Below are positions 23,580-36,265 of a DNA stretch of 64,000 nt, one piece after another (position 1 is the first letter of the stretch; every line of letters begins with the position of its first letter). A program made the position numbers and the translations under genes. This DNA is from Amoebidium appalachense (lineage: Eukaryota; Protista; Ichthyosporea): assembly GCA_963693365.1 (NCBI GenBank), contig CAVNZM010000015.1, positions 744,001-808,000 of the forward strand, given 5' to 3'. Below the pieces are notes generated by a model that worked only from the letters and a program-made list of their open reading frames with translations, made no database searches and had not been told where the DNA came from.

Positions 23580-25252
23580 CACAGCAAAAAAAAGTGCGAA
23601 TCCGGCTCCCGATGATCCCCGATCACGAATTAAGCCAGCTATTCTGATTGGTAGACTGTAATGAGGTCTAAATATATTCCCGATTTCGTCCGGAATTCTT
23701 CCTGACTACGCAAATTTGGCCCGGCCTGATGCCATGTGCGGCCTAACGGTCACACCAAACAAGAAAAAGACTTGCAAGTATCGGTCAAGTGCAACCACTC
23801 GCGCGCATTAGTAGCAAAGATTCCTAGACAGCAGCTGGTCGTCAAAGGCAACCGTTGGCAAGTTTTGGTGTAAAGAAACAGGCGACTCTAAACTCGCTTG
23901 CACGCATTCGCTTTTGTCTTGTGTTTGGTGAGATTGCTGCGGCTCCATCTACAACTTGCATACACAGCAGTGGGCCGTGGCCCAAGACTGCTTAGAATAG
24001 TAGTTGGTGTTTTTAAGCATATTGTTTTTGGGCAGGCAGGAGTTTGAGTCTGGAAAAACGGAGCTATGCGCCACAGGCAAGGTGAGTTTTTTTTTAGAAC
24101 CTCATCTTCACGAACCCTCTGACTTACATACTAGGCTTTTGTCTTGTGAGGTCACACGGCAAGAAGGATACAACCTAAATTTGTAAGCGCTTCTGCGCTT
24201 GCCTTGGTCGAACTTGGGCGTCCACGTCCAGCCGTGCATAGGCATCTGTATATCCTCGAGCCTTTGTTGCTCTGTTATTAGTTTATACTTCTTTCAATCT
24301 ATGCTGCATCAGTATTACAGAGAAGGCCACGTTGTGTTGCCTCCTTTTTGGCCTTATATAACACCGTACCCCTAGTAGGTTCTGAAAGTCTCTTCCCCAT
24401 CGCAGGTCCTTGAACCTGCTACTGTGACTTTGCCAAGTTCGAGTAACTGTTTTGTGAGCGGCTCTAACAGGCTCTAACAGGTAAGCCAAGGTGAAGTGTA
24501 GTACTGGGCAAGCCTGAGATGGATGTTGTGTAGTTGACTGTATCGCTCCACACCTACTGGTACTCAAATTAACTTGAAGAGTCGAAACACAGTCCATTAT
24601 CTGTGTTAGAATAAAGGGTTCAATTGAACACACGTGCACATAGGTGTGCAGGTGAACGGTTTGCTAACCTAGCTATATACTTCTATGGCTCCCCACGACT
24701 ACTTAGCTATAGCCTCTTCATGCTTGCAACCTGGTGTTGCTCATACTAGGGTTCTGTGTGCCAAACCCTTCTGTCTGCTTTTGTATATATTGTGAATGCT
24801 TTCTATCCAGCTGAATAGCCGTTGTTGGGCTGTTCCAGGCTCCAGGCATCACACCTTGCATCACACTGTGGGTGATGACGAAGAACATGACTTGACATCA
24901 CACTGTGTGTGGTACGAGTAACAAAGTAGAGGCGCGAGCTAGTCACGGTGTACTTCAGCTTTCTTGCGGTTGTCTTCTTTTGTACTTAACTTTGGGTCAA
25001 GTTCCAGTATCGAAAGGGCAGGAAGGAGGTATAGGGCAGGTCGGGAAGGAATCGGGGTGTCCCGGTCACGGGCGTGATCGGGATTTTTTTTGCGAATCAG
25101 GGTGTGATCGGTATCAAGAAATCGGGGTGTAATCAGGCTAATTTCATCCCGATCACGTCGCTAATTACGTCAATCGGGTTTCCCGATTTTGCCCCGATTC
25201 TCATATGGTGATCAGGGTTTAATCGGGACACAGATTCGCATCTTTTTTCGCT

Positions 25253-25255
<3 letters not shown>
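23580..25255. mobile_element. Non-autonomous CMC/EnSpm-like TIR element nested in the 13-kb element
   Basis: CACAGCAAAAAAAAGTGCGAATC ... GATTCGCATCTTTTTTCGCTGGG imperfect TIRs; subterminal CCCGAT repeats; poly-G on both flanks. Confidence 0.6.
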
Positions 25256-25291
<36 letters not shown>

Positions 25292-25688
25292 AATTTTGCC
25301 ATCTAGGCCAGACCGTGCAGGTCCGTGCACACGCTGTGTTTCTCCAACCACATATACACACCCTGACCCCCCTGCACCCCTGCACTCCCTCCCTGTTTCC
25401 GGGATAGTAGGGGGGGGGGGGGGGGGGGGAAGGTTACGACAATGATTTTTTAATACCCCCCCCCCCCCCCCCTCCCCCCGCGCCCACACTGTGTTTCTCC
25501 CACCTCGTCATACAAACCCTCTGACCCCCCTGTCACCCAGGGTAGTAGGGGGTGGGGGAGGGGGGGGAGGGGGGGGGGTGGTGCATTTTGGCCTGCCCGA
25601 TATTCCCCTAGACCAGTCAAATTTGACGACCTGGATTTTAATTAGAGATGACGACACTTTGGCCTGGACGACACTTTGGCCTGCAACA

Positions 25689-26539
25689 GGGGGGGGGGGG
25701 GTCAGCGGTGTACCAATTCCGTGACCCCACCCCCGGCAAGCCGCACATCAGCCCGGAAACCTAGGGGGGCGCCCCCCTTGGCTCCGTTGCCCTCCTGAAG
25801 TTCTCCTTCTTCTTACCGGCGGCAATCTGGTTGACCAATTTCACGTGCTGTGCCTGTCTTTGCAACTGGGATGTGGCCCGGGCTGAAGCCGCCAAATTTT
25901 CCCCCCTAGCCCCGTTGGGCCCCGGGGCAGAGACTCAGAGAGAAACCCGGGACAGTGTAGGGCGTTATCCAAATCGATAAGGCGACGGAGCAGCACTTCG
26001 GTGGCGTCGTGGTAGAGAATACGTGGGCCGCTCTGAATGAGGGAGATGTCCAGCACCGTGAGGAGGGTGTAGGCTTCATACCAGATGAAGGCTTTTGAAG
26101 ACCAAGGGGAGGCAGCCTTCTGGAAACGTTTCTCCTTGAAGGTGGTGACCAGGTCACGGCCGCTGCGATATTCTTCGTAGGAGACGGGGTTTGGTTGACG
26201 TACTTGTGCCCCACGTAGCCGAGTCCGGAATCACTCTCACGAATACGGCCGAGGCAAGGGGCAGCAAAATCCTTAGGGGGAACATACTATACTGTCTCAC
26301 GCACGAGCATAGCGGGCACAGTCTCACGGATCTTGTTGATACGAACGTGGGAATCGTGGAACATCACCCCGGCGTTAACCATCCATGAATTAGCCGGGTC
26401 GGAAAAGTACGACGAGTCCTGGGAAAGGGGGGAAGAGGTGGAGGGGGCACTAAGACGTGTGTGACGGACTGACTGTAAACGAGAATCGATGATGTTGGAG
26501 GAAACACGTTGACCACTGAGTGCTTGAAACGGAGGGATG
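25689..26539 (-). pseudogene. Fragment 2 of the old retroelement (gag-like with decayed zinc knuckle)
   Basis: Minus strand ...DATEVLLRRLIDLDNALH... and PRFPG*CAACRGWGH near 25720-25765. Confidence 0.45.
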
Positions 26540-27181
26540 TGTCGTATCCTATTGTGTATGTATTAGAGACACGGCACTCTACTAAGTGTACACACACTGA
26601 AAGGAACGAACCTGTAACTGAAAACGGTAAAGTTTATTCAGACCAGGCTCCGACGGGCAAACTTAGATCCGTACGGAATGAGGCTAAGTCACAACTGAGG
26701 CCATCAAGGCCGTGCCCTCAAAGATCATCATCACCTGGCCCCCCTACGATGCCACATTCCAAACATTCCGATCTACTTTATCGTGCGCCTGCACGAGCTA
26801 AGTCGATCTACTCAAACTAATATATTTATCCATGTCTCACCCCTCACCCCCCCCCTAGTGGCACCGCAGAGTCTAAATCTACATATCATACTATCCTCCC
26901 CCCCCCCCCCCTCCCTCCCCCTTTTCCTCTACATCGAAATATATAAATACGTTTGGCAACATACACTATCAAATTAAACTTGCCAATATTTACAAAAGGG
27001 CTTCTGCCCGAACATATCACATTCCTAAGTCCTCCTACGATCTATCCTACACACTAATTAGAATTCTATTGGTCGGCTGCTCCAGCTGACGTGGTCCTGC
27101 CCTGCGCCGGCAGAGGCAAGATGCACGCAGCTGTACAGCTATCTTGAGGCCCCGGACTTGATCTTGATGATCTGTGGACCC

Positions 27182-27222
<41 letters not shown>

Positions 27223-27275
27223 CGATCTCGATCGTAGACTTAGGCTGATCTGCTGAGACGGATTAGTATATGTCA
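26540..27275 (-). mobile_element. Solo LTR of the Gypsy family at 11269
   Basis: Reverse-complement match to 11269-11983; 5-bp TSD GGATG at 26535-26539 and 27276-27280. Confidence 0.93.
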
Positions 27276-27830
27276 GGATGGACGACGTGGAGGGGAAGAA
27301 CCGTGGGAGGGGGAAGGAGGCTGGACGGACTTGTTCAGAAAACCGCCAAAAACCTGGTCGGGGTCAGTTTCCTCTTCTTTTTCGCTGTCGGAAACGGGGG
27401 GTGTCGTCTGTGGTTTTGAAAGCGCCGGCGGGGGTGTATATGACGAGGGGCATTTGGGTGTCCAGTGAGAGGGGGATGTTTTGGACGAGCCACTGCAATA
27501 ACTCCAACCCTGGAGGGGAGCCACGGGCTAACTCTGGGAAGCCCTCTGTGGGGAAGTCCATGTGGAACAGGGAAGACGCAAGAGCTTGGACCTCTTGGGC
27601 AGTAGGGAGGGGGGAATCGGCGTGTCATGACGGCGGAGTGGGGAGGGCGCGCACACGCTTGAACAGGCACACCAGCAAACGTCTTAAACCCACCCACTTA
27701 GACAGAACAGGGGAGTTAGAGAAGACAACAGCATTGGTCACCACCACTTTCACTGCAACCTCAAGAGGGGAAGACTGGACTTGATTAACAAGAAACTGGA
27801 GCACACCAGAGGAAGCCATTGTAGCGAAAG
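27276..27830 (-). pseudogene. Fragment 1 (N-terminal) of the old retroelement gag-like ORF
   Basis: MASSGVLQFLVNQV... frame with an internal stop running toward the solo-LTR TSD. Confidence 0.35.
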
Positions 27831-27983
27831 AACAAATTGAAACACAGCACAAAGAAGTAGACGCTATTCAGTCATCGAAAGGAGGTTGTGCTGTTTAGCA
27901 AGACAGCCACCAAACCCCACTTTAACCAAAGGACTAAACCCTCACCTCTCTCTGCTGGATTTTCCTCTATCACTAACCACGGT

Positions 27984-30677
27984 TGTCATGTGCTGAGCTG
28001 ATTCGTATTAGTTTACTTCTATATTTTGTGTTTTGGTGAGTTAATTTCGGGGGTTTTCTTGCATAGTGATGCCGGGGTCTAAATGGGGTATGAGGAGATT
28101 AATCAGTGGTATGGGGAGAATCTGATGCAGCGGCGGCTGATTGTTTGGTGCGCGCGTGCATGCCCCATGCCTCTGCGTACTCTCCATGTTAAATGTTGTA
28201 TTGCTTCTTGCTGTGTGCGTGGCGAGACCCATGTTGCCTGCTCGCGTGTGTGTATGCTTATATGTATTGTGAGTAAACGTGTGTACGTGTTGTAGTGCTG
28301 TAGGGGTGTCTGAGGTCGCGGTAGCCAATGGTGTGGAGTGCGTGTAGTCTGTGGGGGAGGGAGTGTTGTGATTGGCTGAATGTCACTGTGGTATTTGTCT
28401 GGCCAGTGGGCCGCGTGTCTGTGAAGTGTCTCGCGGGGTCGCGGGCTTTTGGAAGTTCTTCTCAGAACACAAAAAACTCGCTTCCCACCCAACTCAAAGA
28501 AAAGTTTATACGTATACACGGTTTCGAGCCCCTTTAAGCGTGCAGATAGTTAGAGTAGTTCATATACACTCTGTATGTTGCCACGACAAGCTACACCCCC
28601 TTTCTCTGCAGTTTTTTGCAGGGAGGGGGCACACGCACTGTTAGTCCTTCTGGGCTGTTGCTTTCACCCCTAGTTTTTTTTTTCTTTCACGCCTAGCGGT
28701 TATGAGTGGCTTTGACTTAGGACTTTTTCGACAGTTAGAGGTAGAAGAAACATACGCACACACAGGCCTACAGCTAGCAACAGTTGGCATAGGCAACTTG
28801 AGCAGTAGGACTAGTATCACAGGGGACTTAGTCCTCGCTAAGGACCTTGACCTCCCTAGGTGACTTAGCAAGCTCAGGGCCGTTTGCCCAGCAGAGGCCT
28901 CAGAGGGGACCGGCGGCAGTCACCCTCCCCACGGCGCTACCAGCCCTACCAGCCACGGCCACAACGGGATAACAGATGGGCCAGGCTGGCGTCTTTGGGG
29001 CGGGACAGCAAGAGCCGGCGCCAGGCTCTTTCCCAGGCACATGTGACAACTGCAAGGAGCGGGGGCAACGCGTGGTGTAAACAGCCCCGTCGTGGGGGGC
29101 AGGGACGTCGGTGACCGTGTTGCTGGTATGAAGGTTTTATTAGGGGGTAGGCCATCTCTTGGGTTGTTGTTGTTGTAATACTATGGGAGTAACTGTTGTG
29201 TGGTGTTATTTTTCGGCGAGTTTTCTACTGGTGCCTGGCGTTTTCGACGTGTGTATGAGTCCTGTGTTGGCGACGTGTGTGGTTAGGGTCAGTGGAATAG
29301 AAAGTCCTGCTGCTGTCTGGGAGCTCGGCCCTCTGACGAGGGGGCTGGGGGGGGGTCGAAGTGTAGTCATGGCAGTGGCAGGCCCCCACTGTTGTGAACC
29401 CCCGTCGTCAAAGGGCCTGGTGCTGAGGCCCCTTGGAGTGGCTGCCCTGGGCCTGGTGTTGAGGCCCTTTGGAGTGGCTGCCCGTAGTGTTGTTGAGTAG
29501 TGTTGTGGTGCCCAGTGCAGCAGTAGGCCTTAGACACACCGCTGGGTAGGGCACGGTTGGGGCGGAGGCATTCCCAAACCACCGGGACCTACGTAGTAGG
29601 AGTCTTTGTCGGGTAGAGGAATGGCCAGCAAGAGAGTCTGGAGGTGTACGTCACATGAGTCTGGAGGTGTTCGTCACGGCATGTTTGGTTGTGTTAGGAA
29701 TTCTTTGGGGATGGGGCATGCTGAGTGTGGTTGTATGGATGGTGTCTGTTATCATGTCTGTTGCTATGTTCCACTCGATATAACATTGTGCCAGGGGCAT
29801 GGGGTTTTGGGTGCAGATTGTGGACGGGGGCAGAGGTGCATCTACAGGGCAACGTCAGTGGCGGTTCATAATTATCCTTGTTTTGGGGTTGGGTTGGGTA
29901 TTAACCATGGTGGGGTGGTGTGTGGATGTATGTATATGTTTTATGTTATATGTTAAATGTTGCTTCCTGCATGGGTAGCGGTAGTTGTAGTCGCTCAGCA
30001 CATAACTTTATTTTGTTTTTAGGTAGTTTTTACTGAGGTGGAACTCAGTTATTTTCTGTGCGAGGGGGGAGTTGTCATGTGCTGAGCTGATTCGTATTAG
30101 TTTACTTCTATATTTTGTGTTTTGGTGAGTTAATTTCGGGGGTTTTCTTGCATAGTGATGCCGGGGTCTAAATGGGGTATGAGGCGATTAATCAGTGGTA
30201 TGGGGAGAATCTGATGCAGCGGCGGCTGATTGTTTGGTGCGCGCGTGCATGCCCCATGCCTCTGCGTACTCTCCATGTTAAATGTTGTATTGCTTCTTGC
30301 TGTGTGCGTGGCGAGACCCATGTTGCCTGCTCGCGTGTGTGTATGCTTATATGTATTGTGAGTAAACGTGTGTACGTGTTGTAGTGCTGTAGGGGTGTCT
30401 GAGGTCGCGGTAGCCAATGGTGTGGAGTGCGTGTAGTCTGTGGGGGAGGGAGTGTTGTGATTGGCTGAATGTCACTGTGGTATTTGTCTGGCCAGTGGGC
30501 CGCGTGTCTGTGAAGTGTCTCGCGGGGTCGCGGGCTTTTGGAAGTTCTTCTCAGAACACAAAAAACTCGCTTCCCACCCAACTCAAAGAAAAGTTTATAC
30601 GTATACACGGTTTCGAGCCCCTTTAAGCGTGCAGATAGTTAGAGTAGTTCATATACACTCTGTATGTTGCCACGACA
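27984..30677 (+). mobile_element. Young non-autonomous LTR retrotransposon (2.7 kb; 605-bp LTRs, 1.5-kb internal region with gag remnant)
   Basis: LTRs 27984-28588 and 30073-30677 (TGTCAT...ACGACA, one mismatch seen); TSD ACGGT; [13 protein letters not shown]; broken knuckle GTCDNCKERG at ~29035. Confidence 0.95.
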
Positions 30678-31039
30678 ACGGTCACATTGACTTGAAAAGA
30701 CAAAACTGAGTCAGAATCTGGGTGTGATCCGTTTATATACCTATTTTTTTTATATATATACATAACTTACTAGCAAATTGGAAATCCCTAACCAAAACAA
30801 ATCAAAACCAACTAACATTCTTTCTAACCAATCCCCTGTGAGTGTACATTTACCAATTTGGCAAGTCTGCAGCCAACGTCATCGTAATGGCTCCAAAACT
30901 CACTTACCATATACGGATAGAGCTCCCTAAAAAACCAATCACAAATCAAAACCTTAATTAATGCACGTCTTGGAATGCAGAAAGAATGAAACGACCTCAT
31001 GTTGCCTCCATATTCACTCCACGCTGCCTCCTCTCTCGG

Positions 31040-31181
31040 GAAACCATATGATATATCGTATTTTGGTCCATCCCCTGAATATCATTTGATATATCTTGCC
31101 AAGCCCCTGTATATCACGAGATACATCATGTATCGAATTAGCCCCTGAATATCAAAAGATATGCGGGATTTTTTTTGCAGG
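31040..31181. mobile_element. Probable orphan CMC/EnSpm-type terminus
   Basis: Ends TTTTTTTGCAGGG; subterminal CCCCTGAATATCA-like repeats (3 copies); partner end not found. Confidence 0.35.
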
Positions 31182-32371
31182 GGCCTAAACATGACCCATC
31201 AGAGCCATGTACACACTGCTGTGGAACTTCAGAGGGTATCACACCGACTGTTTGTTCAGGTATACCATCCCAGTGCACCTCTATACTAGCAACAGTGCCA
31301 AAAATCACATTCCGGAGCGGGGACTTTGGCGGAGAGGGATGGCAAACAAATTAGTACCAGCATACGGATTGGTTGTATCATTATGTCAAACTCTAAAATC
31401 AACCACACATATAAAAGCCTAAAATCTACTTACACTATTTAAATTCTTTATTTATAAATATTTTATTTAATATAAAAAGTTTTGTTGATTAACATGTTAG
31501 ACGTTACGTCATAGTTTTCGGCGTCACCTCCGATTGGTCAGTTGAAGTTTGTATCCAATAAACGCGCCGCGTTTGGAGCTAGTGCAAAATACACTGATTG
31601 GCTGAAAAATCCATTGTCGCCGAAGTCTTTACAACCAAAAATAAAAATACTTTATTTGATATGCAAATCGAGCGATTTGATTGGGGCGGAGGGAACGCCG
31701 GAAACTCCCTGACCAGCCTGGTTAGTACGCACATAGGGTGCCATGAGTTATTTGTGTGAGTCACGACAATCACATCATACCTGAGCATTCCTGGATAAAT
31801 TTATCCCTGTCCGGCCAATCGGTGGGGTAACGGCCACTCACGGGTTCCTCATAAACTTTACTCATTTTGTCAACTATGTTTTTTAACTTGGTTTATTCCA
31901 TGGGTTTTCGTTGGAAAAAAAGGCCTATCAACCGAGGGAGGTTAGCCAATGGTAAGTGCATACCAAGATAACTGAGCAAATCCAGCAAAATCAATACATA
32001 TTAATAATAATCAGCTTCAGCTGCAGCTGCACATGCTGTACGCGTAAACAGGGCACTTATGTAGAAAAAGACTTTAATCCTTATTCATACAGAGCTGGTC
32101 TGGCTCCAATAAGCAATCAAAGAGCTTTAAAACAATGCAACGAACCCCAGAAAAAATCGCCTTGTCTGCACAGTAGTCACACAACATGTCCTTTTTGGAT
32201 GTATAAGCGGGTTACATGTATATAACATTCTCTACTCAATATAACACTGCTTGTCACACCAATCGTACAACAATATGAAGAACTCATTGGCTCCGAATCT
32301 CAAGTTGCGTCCTACATCGGGTAATCGGCAGATCTCTGAGATTCGATTACCCATAAAAGGTGTTGATGCGC

Positions 32372-32916
32372 TCACGCGTTGAACTGGTATCCACCCTCGA
32401 ATTTCTTCCTGTAAGTGTAGCGAAATTTCAGCAAATGTTTAAGGGTATACGTGCATGCAAGAGTATACGTGCATGCAAATTCCTTGTGCAAAAGAGAACC
32501 CCCCCCCCCCCCCCCCCCCCCATCCTTAACGTGCATGCAAATTCCTTGTGCAAAAGAGTATACGTGCATGCCAACTGTTTGTGCAACGCGCGGTGGTGTT
32601 TGGGTGTGTCAAAGAAAACGTGTAATGGTGTATGCGAGTGGCAGCATATGATTTTGAATAAATGCATGTGTGACACTGGGCGCAAGTGTTTTTAGATGCA
32701 CGCGAGCACATACTCGCTCTTGGTGTGTAGCTTTACGTTGAGTGAAAAAGCAGTCATGGGGGAGGGATAAAAGCAAAAGGGGCGAAGAGGGGTAAAAAGC
32801 GGGAATGAGGAGACAGTGATGATAAGAAACAAAGACTGACAGAAAAAGTCGATGAGGAAGAAGGCGAGATAATGACATTTGGGTTATAAGAAAATCGGAG
32901 ATTAACCTTTTTCTTT

Positions 32917-32963
<47 letters not shown>

Positions 32964-33030
32964 CGAGAAGTGTTTTTGTGTGTGCGTGTGCATTCGCGAG
33001 TACATGTGCTTGCGTAAAAGTATGTGCTTA

Positions 33031-33108
<78 letters not shown>

Positions 33109-34358
33109 GTGTACGTGTGTGTGCCAAGTGTGTGTCTGTGTGAAAGGTAGGAACGGGGTGGGGGGGAGAGGGGGGGCGGGGAGAGGGGGGTGCGGGGAGG
33201 GAGGGGGATAGGGTGGGTTGGGTGTGTGTGTGTGGGAGGGGGGGGAACTTACTGAGCATAGGGCTGTCTGGTGTCTCTGGTTTGACGTTCGGCCTGAGTG
33301 AGAATGGTAATGGACCGAACCTCACGCTTCATGCCGTAGTAGTGCTCAAACATGTTGGGACGGAGCTGTGTGTGTATGTGTGTGTGCGTGTGTGTGCGTG
33401 TGTGGGTGTGCGCGCGCGCGTGTGTATGTGTGTGTGCACGTGTGCCCACACACGCATGTGCATGTATGAATGTGCTTGGGGTTGGATGAACATGTAAGTA
33501 AATGTGTGTTTGTAAGTGGGTAAATATCACGTGCTGGTCGCTGATGTGATTGGGCGAGTGTATGGGCAGAAGATGCTCACAGGGCTGCATAACCGAAAGC
33601 AATGAATTTCCCCGATGATCCGGCCCATTATTTACTCATATATCTATTGATCTATCAATGAATCCCTGTGTGTGTGCCAACTCAAAGGCCCATATCCATC
33701 CACTCACGAGTCTCAATCATTCCTGCTGGTATAGACCAACCACCGCCTCCCATTTTAACGTCTGGGCAGAGAGCACCCGAGAGCCACATTCCTCAGATGA
33801 TTCTCACCAACCAGGAGACGTGATCTAAATGTGTCACATTGCCGAATGTCGACATACAACCACGGCAGCCCAGCCACACGGCTGCGTGAAAATGTGCCCA
33901 GAATGACGTCATGAATGTCGTTTGCCGCCCAACCCGTAAAATGGAAGAAGCGGTGGTTGTGGTATAGGGCATCTGAGCCAATAACCGTTTTCTCGCCCGA
34001 TCTATGTAACATCTCAGCTCCCAATAGAGATAAACGGGTACTTTCTTTTTGCCGGAGGAAGAATATATTGTAGATCTTCAGTTTATAAAATAAAAACAGC
34101 GCTTTTAGTCTAAATTATTAGCAAATACATCAAAAGCAAATGTCGGAGCAACATCTAAACATCTACAATTATGGTCATGCATGCACAAAAAACATGTAAG
34201 AACGAAATGAAGTATAAGATGGTTGATCGGGATGGACTTACGCTCAGAACCGCAGAAATGATGTTGGAAGAACGGACGGGAGTCTCGATCAGAGGAATCT
34301 CTTTCTGGTGGGCATCGAAAATGGGAACCTTGCGGCGCACAAGACCCTCGGCAGCGTA

Positions 34359-34453
<95 letters not shown>

Positions 34454-35930
34454 CTGTGTGTGTGTGTGTGTGTGTGTATCTCGTGTGCAAGGATGTGACC
34501 TTACGTGCATGTGGTTGTGTGCGCACATCAAAAAACACCAGTGGGGTGGGTTGATATGTAAGCGGCTGTGTTTGTGTTCTACATGGGCTCATTGGTGCAG
34601 ACATGTGCACACCTGTTTTTTGTGCATGTGTGCGTGCTCGGGAGGTGACCGAGTCTAAGCAAATTGACACGCGGGAAGGGAGCAAACCAAGGCGAGGTTG
34701 GGTGGGTTGGAGAGTGGAAAGCAAGAGAATCCCAAAGAACCTGCTCCAACACACAAACGTATAGCGACCGCAACGCCAGGATGTTAAAAAATGGGCAAAG
34801 GGAGGAATGGACTCCCTTGTTCTTATAAGTGAAACCGCAATCCTTGTGCAGGTGTAGGGTGTGTGTGTATTTAGGGATCTGGAAAAGGCACACACGTATA
34901 TGTGAGCACCTGGTGGGCTGCAGCCATGCCAGTCACGTGACCCGTCTATTTTTACCTTCTGGTCCCATTGGCAGTCGAACTTGGTGACCTCCTTCTTTGC
35001 GCGGTAGAACATGCGTTGCCCGGCCATCACATAGTCCGTCCCCTCAAGATCGGTGCCTGATTGGGCGGGGGAAAATCGTATTAGCCTTATATGGGTAGAT
35101 TTTGCCCCACAGCCTGACAGTCACACATATGTTATTGGAGGTGACGGGCATACATGTGGTTGCCTGTCAGAGCTCAAAATCCGCTACAGTTTGCATGCGC
35201 CCATAAAAAGACAACTGTGACCCTTAGGCTTTACAGTGGCAAGAAACAAAACTGGTGGTAATGGCCTGGGAGCGGAAAGGAAATGTGTTAAAGCATGAAG
35301 TATACATTTATGACGGACAGCACAATGCAGAGTCAAACTACACAAGGAGCATGCACAAAAAACAGAGCCCATTCTTAACCTCTTGAGGACCGTAAATTTC
35401 ACGAGATCGAAAACGAGGTCACCAGCACGGAGACGACCAAGTTTGTGCTCTAATGCGAACATGAAGTTGATAGGAACTAACCAAATCAAAGTTGCATGAG
35501 ATTAGAACACTTATCCTTCGTCTTATGCAAAAAAAATTGAACTTCACTCTAATAGCGATACATTGTATATGGTGTAGCTACAAGGGGTGCCGGCTTGACG
35601 AGTCAATGACGACATCGAAATGCTGTCAATGCAATCTTCTGATCGGACCATTGTAAAAATGGCTCAAAAAAACATGATTGGCCGGCTCAGTCGACAAAAG
35701 TCACTTCAGAAACAGATATAAAAGTATATGAAATAGTGATAATTTTCTCTAATTATCTTAGTAAAGTTTGTAGGTAAGACATATACCTGTCGGCATATGC
35801 AATTTATTTGAGCTTTTTCTATCGATTTTGAGCTGCAATAGAGTTGTTTAAGTCCCAACCGGGACCCGGTAGAATTAATTAGGCCGGTCCTCAACAGGTT
35901 AAATGGGGGGTGGGGAGGGAAGGAGGGGAG

Positions 35931-35967
<37 letters not shown>

Positions 35968-36226
35968 GAGTGAGAGAGAGAGTGGGAGAGGTGGAGGGAG
36001 GGAAGAGAGGGAGGAAAAGAGGGAGGGAGGGATTGGACGGGAGCAAGGGAAGGAAGGAGGCAAAGGCAGAGAGAGGGACGCAGATAGGGGGGAAGAACAA
36101 GGTGCATGCCGGGGGGAAGTATGATAGAACGGTCCATGAGATTATATGAAACGTTTGCACAAACGTGTATGTGTTTCTTAATTTACGGGCAGGTGGACCG
36201 GTGCCCAGCCCAAAAAAAAAAAAAAA

Positions 36227-36265
<39 letters not shown>

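Larger units (their letters stand above)
12693..25688. mobile_element. 13-kb element bounded by ~250-bp terminal inverted repeats (DNA transposon-like; no intact transposase seen)
   Basis: 12693-12938 is the reverse complement of 25430-25688; termini TGTTGCAGGCC...GGCCTGCAACA; tandem CAGGCCAAAGTGTCGTC at the ends; poly-G on both flanks. Confidence 0.85.

Noticed and set aside
26493-26539. Longer LTR boundary at TGTTGG (26493) / CCAACA (12068)
   Set aside because: A perfect TSD and the end of similarity place the boundary at 26540 and 11983
28041-30709. Duplicated small ORFs at 28041-28644 and 30130-30709
   Set aside because: Chance frames within the two LTRs
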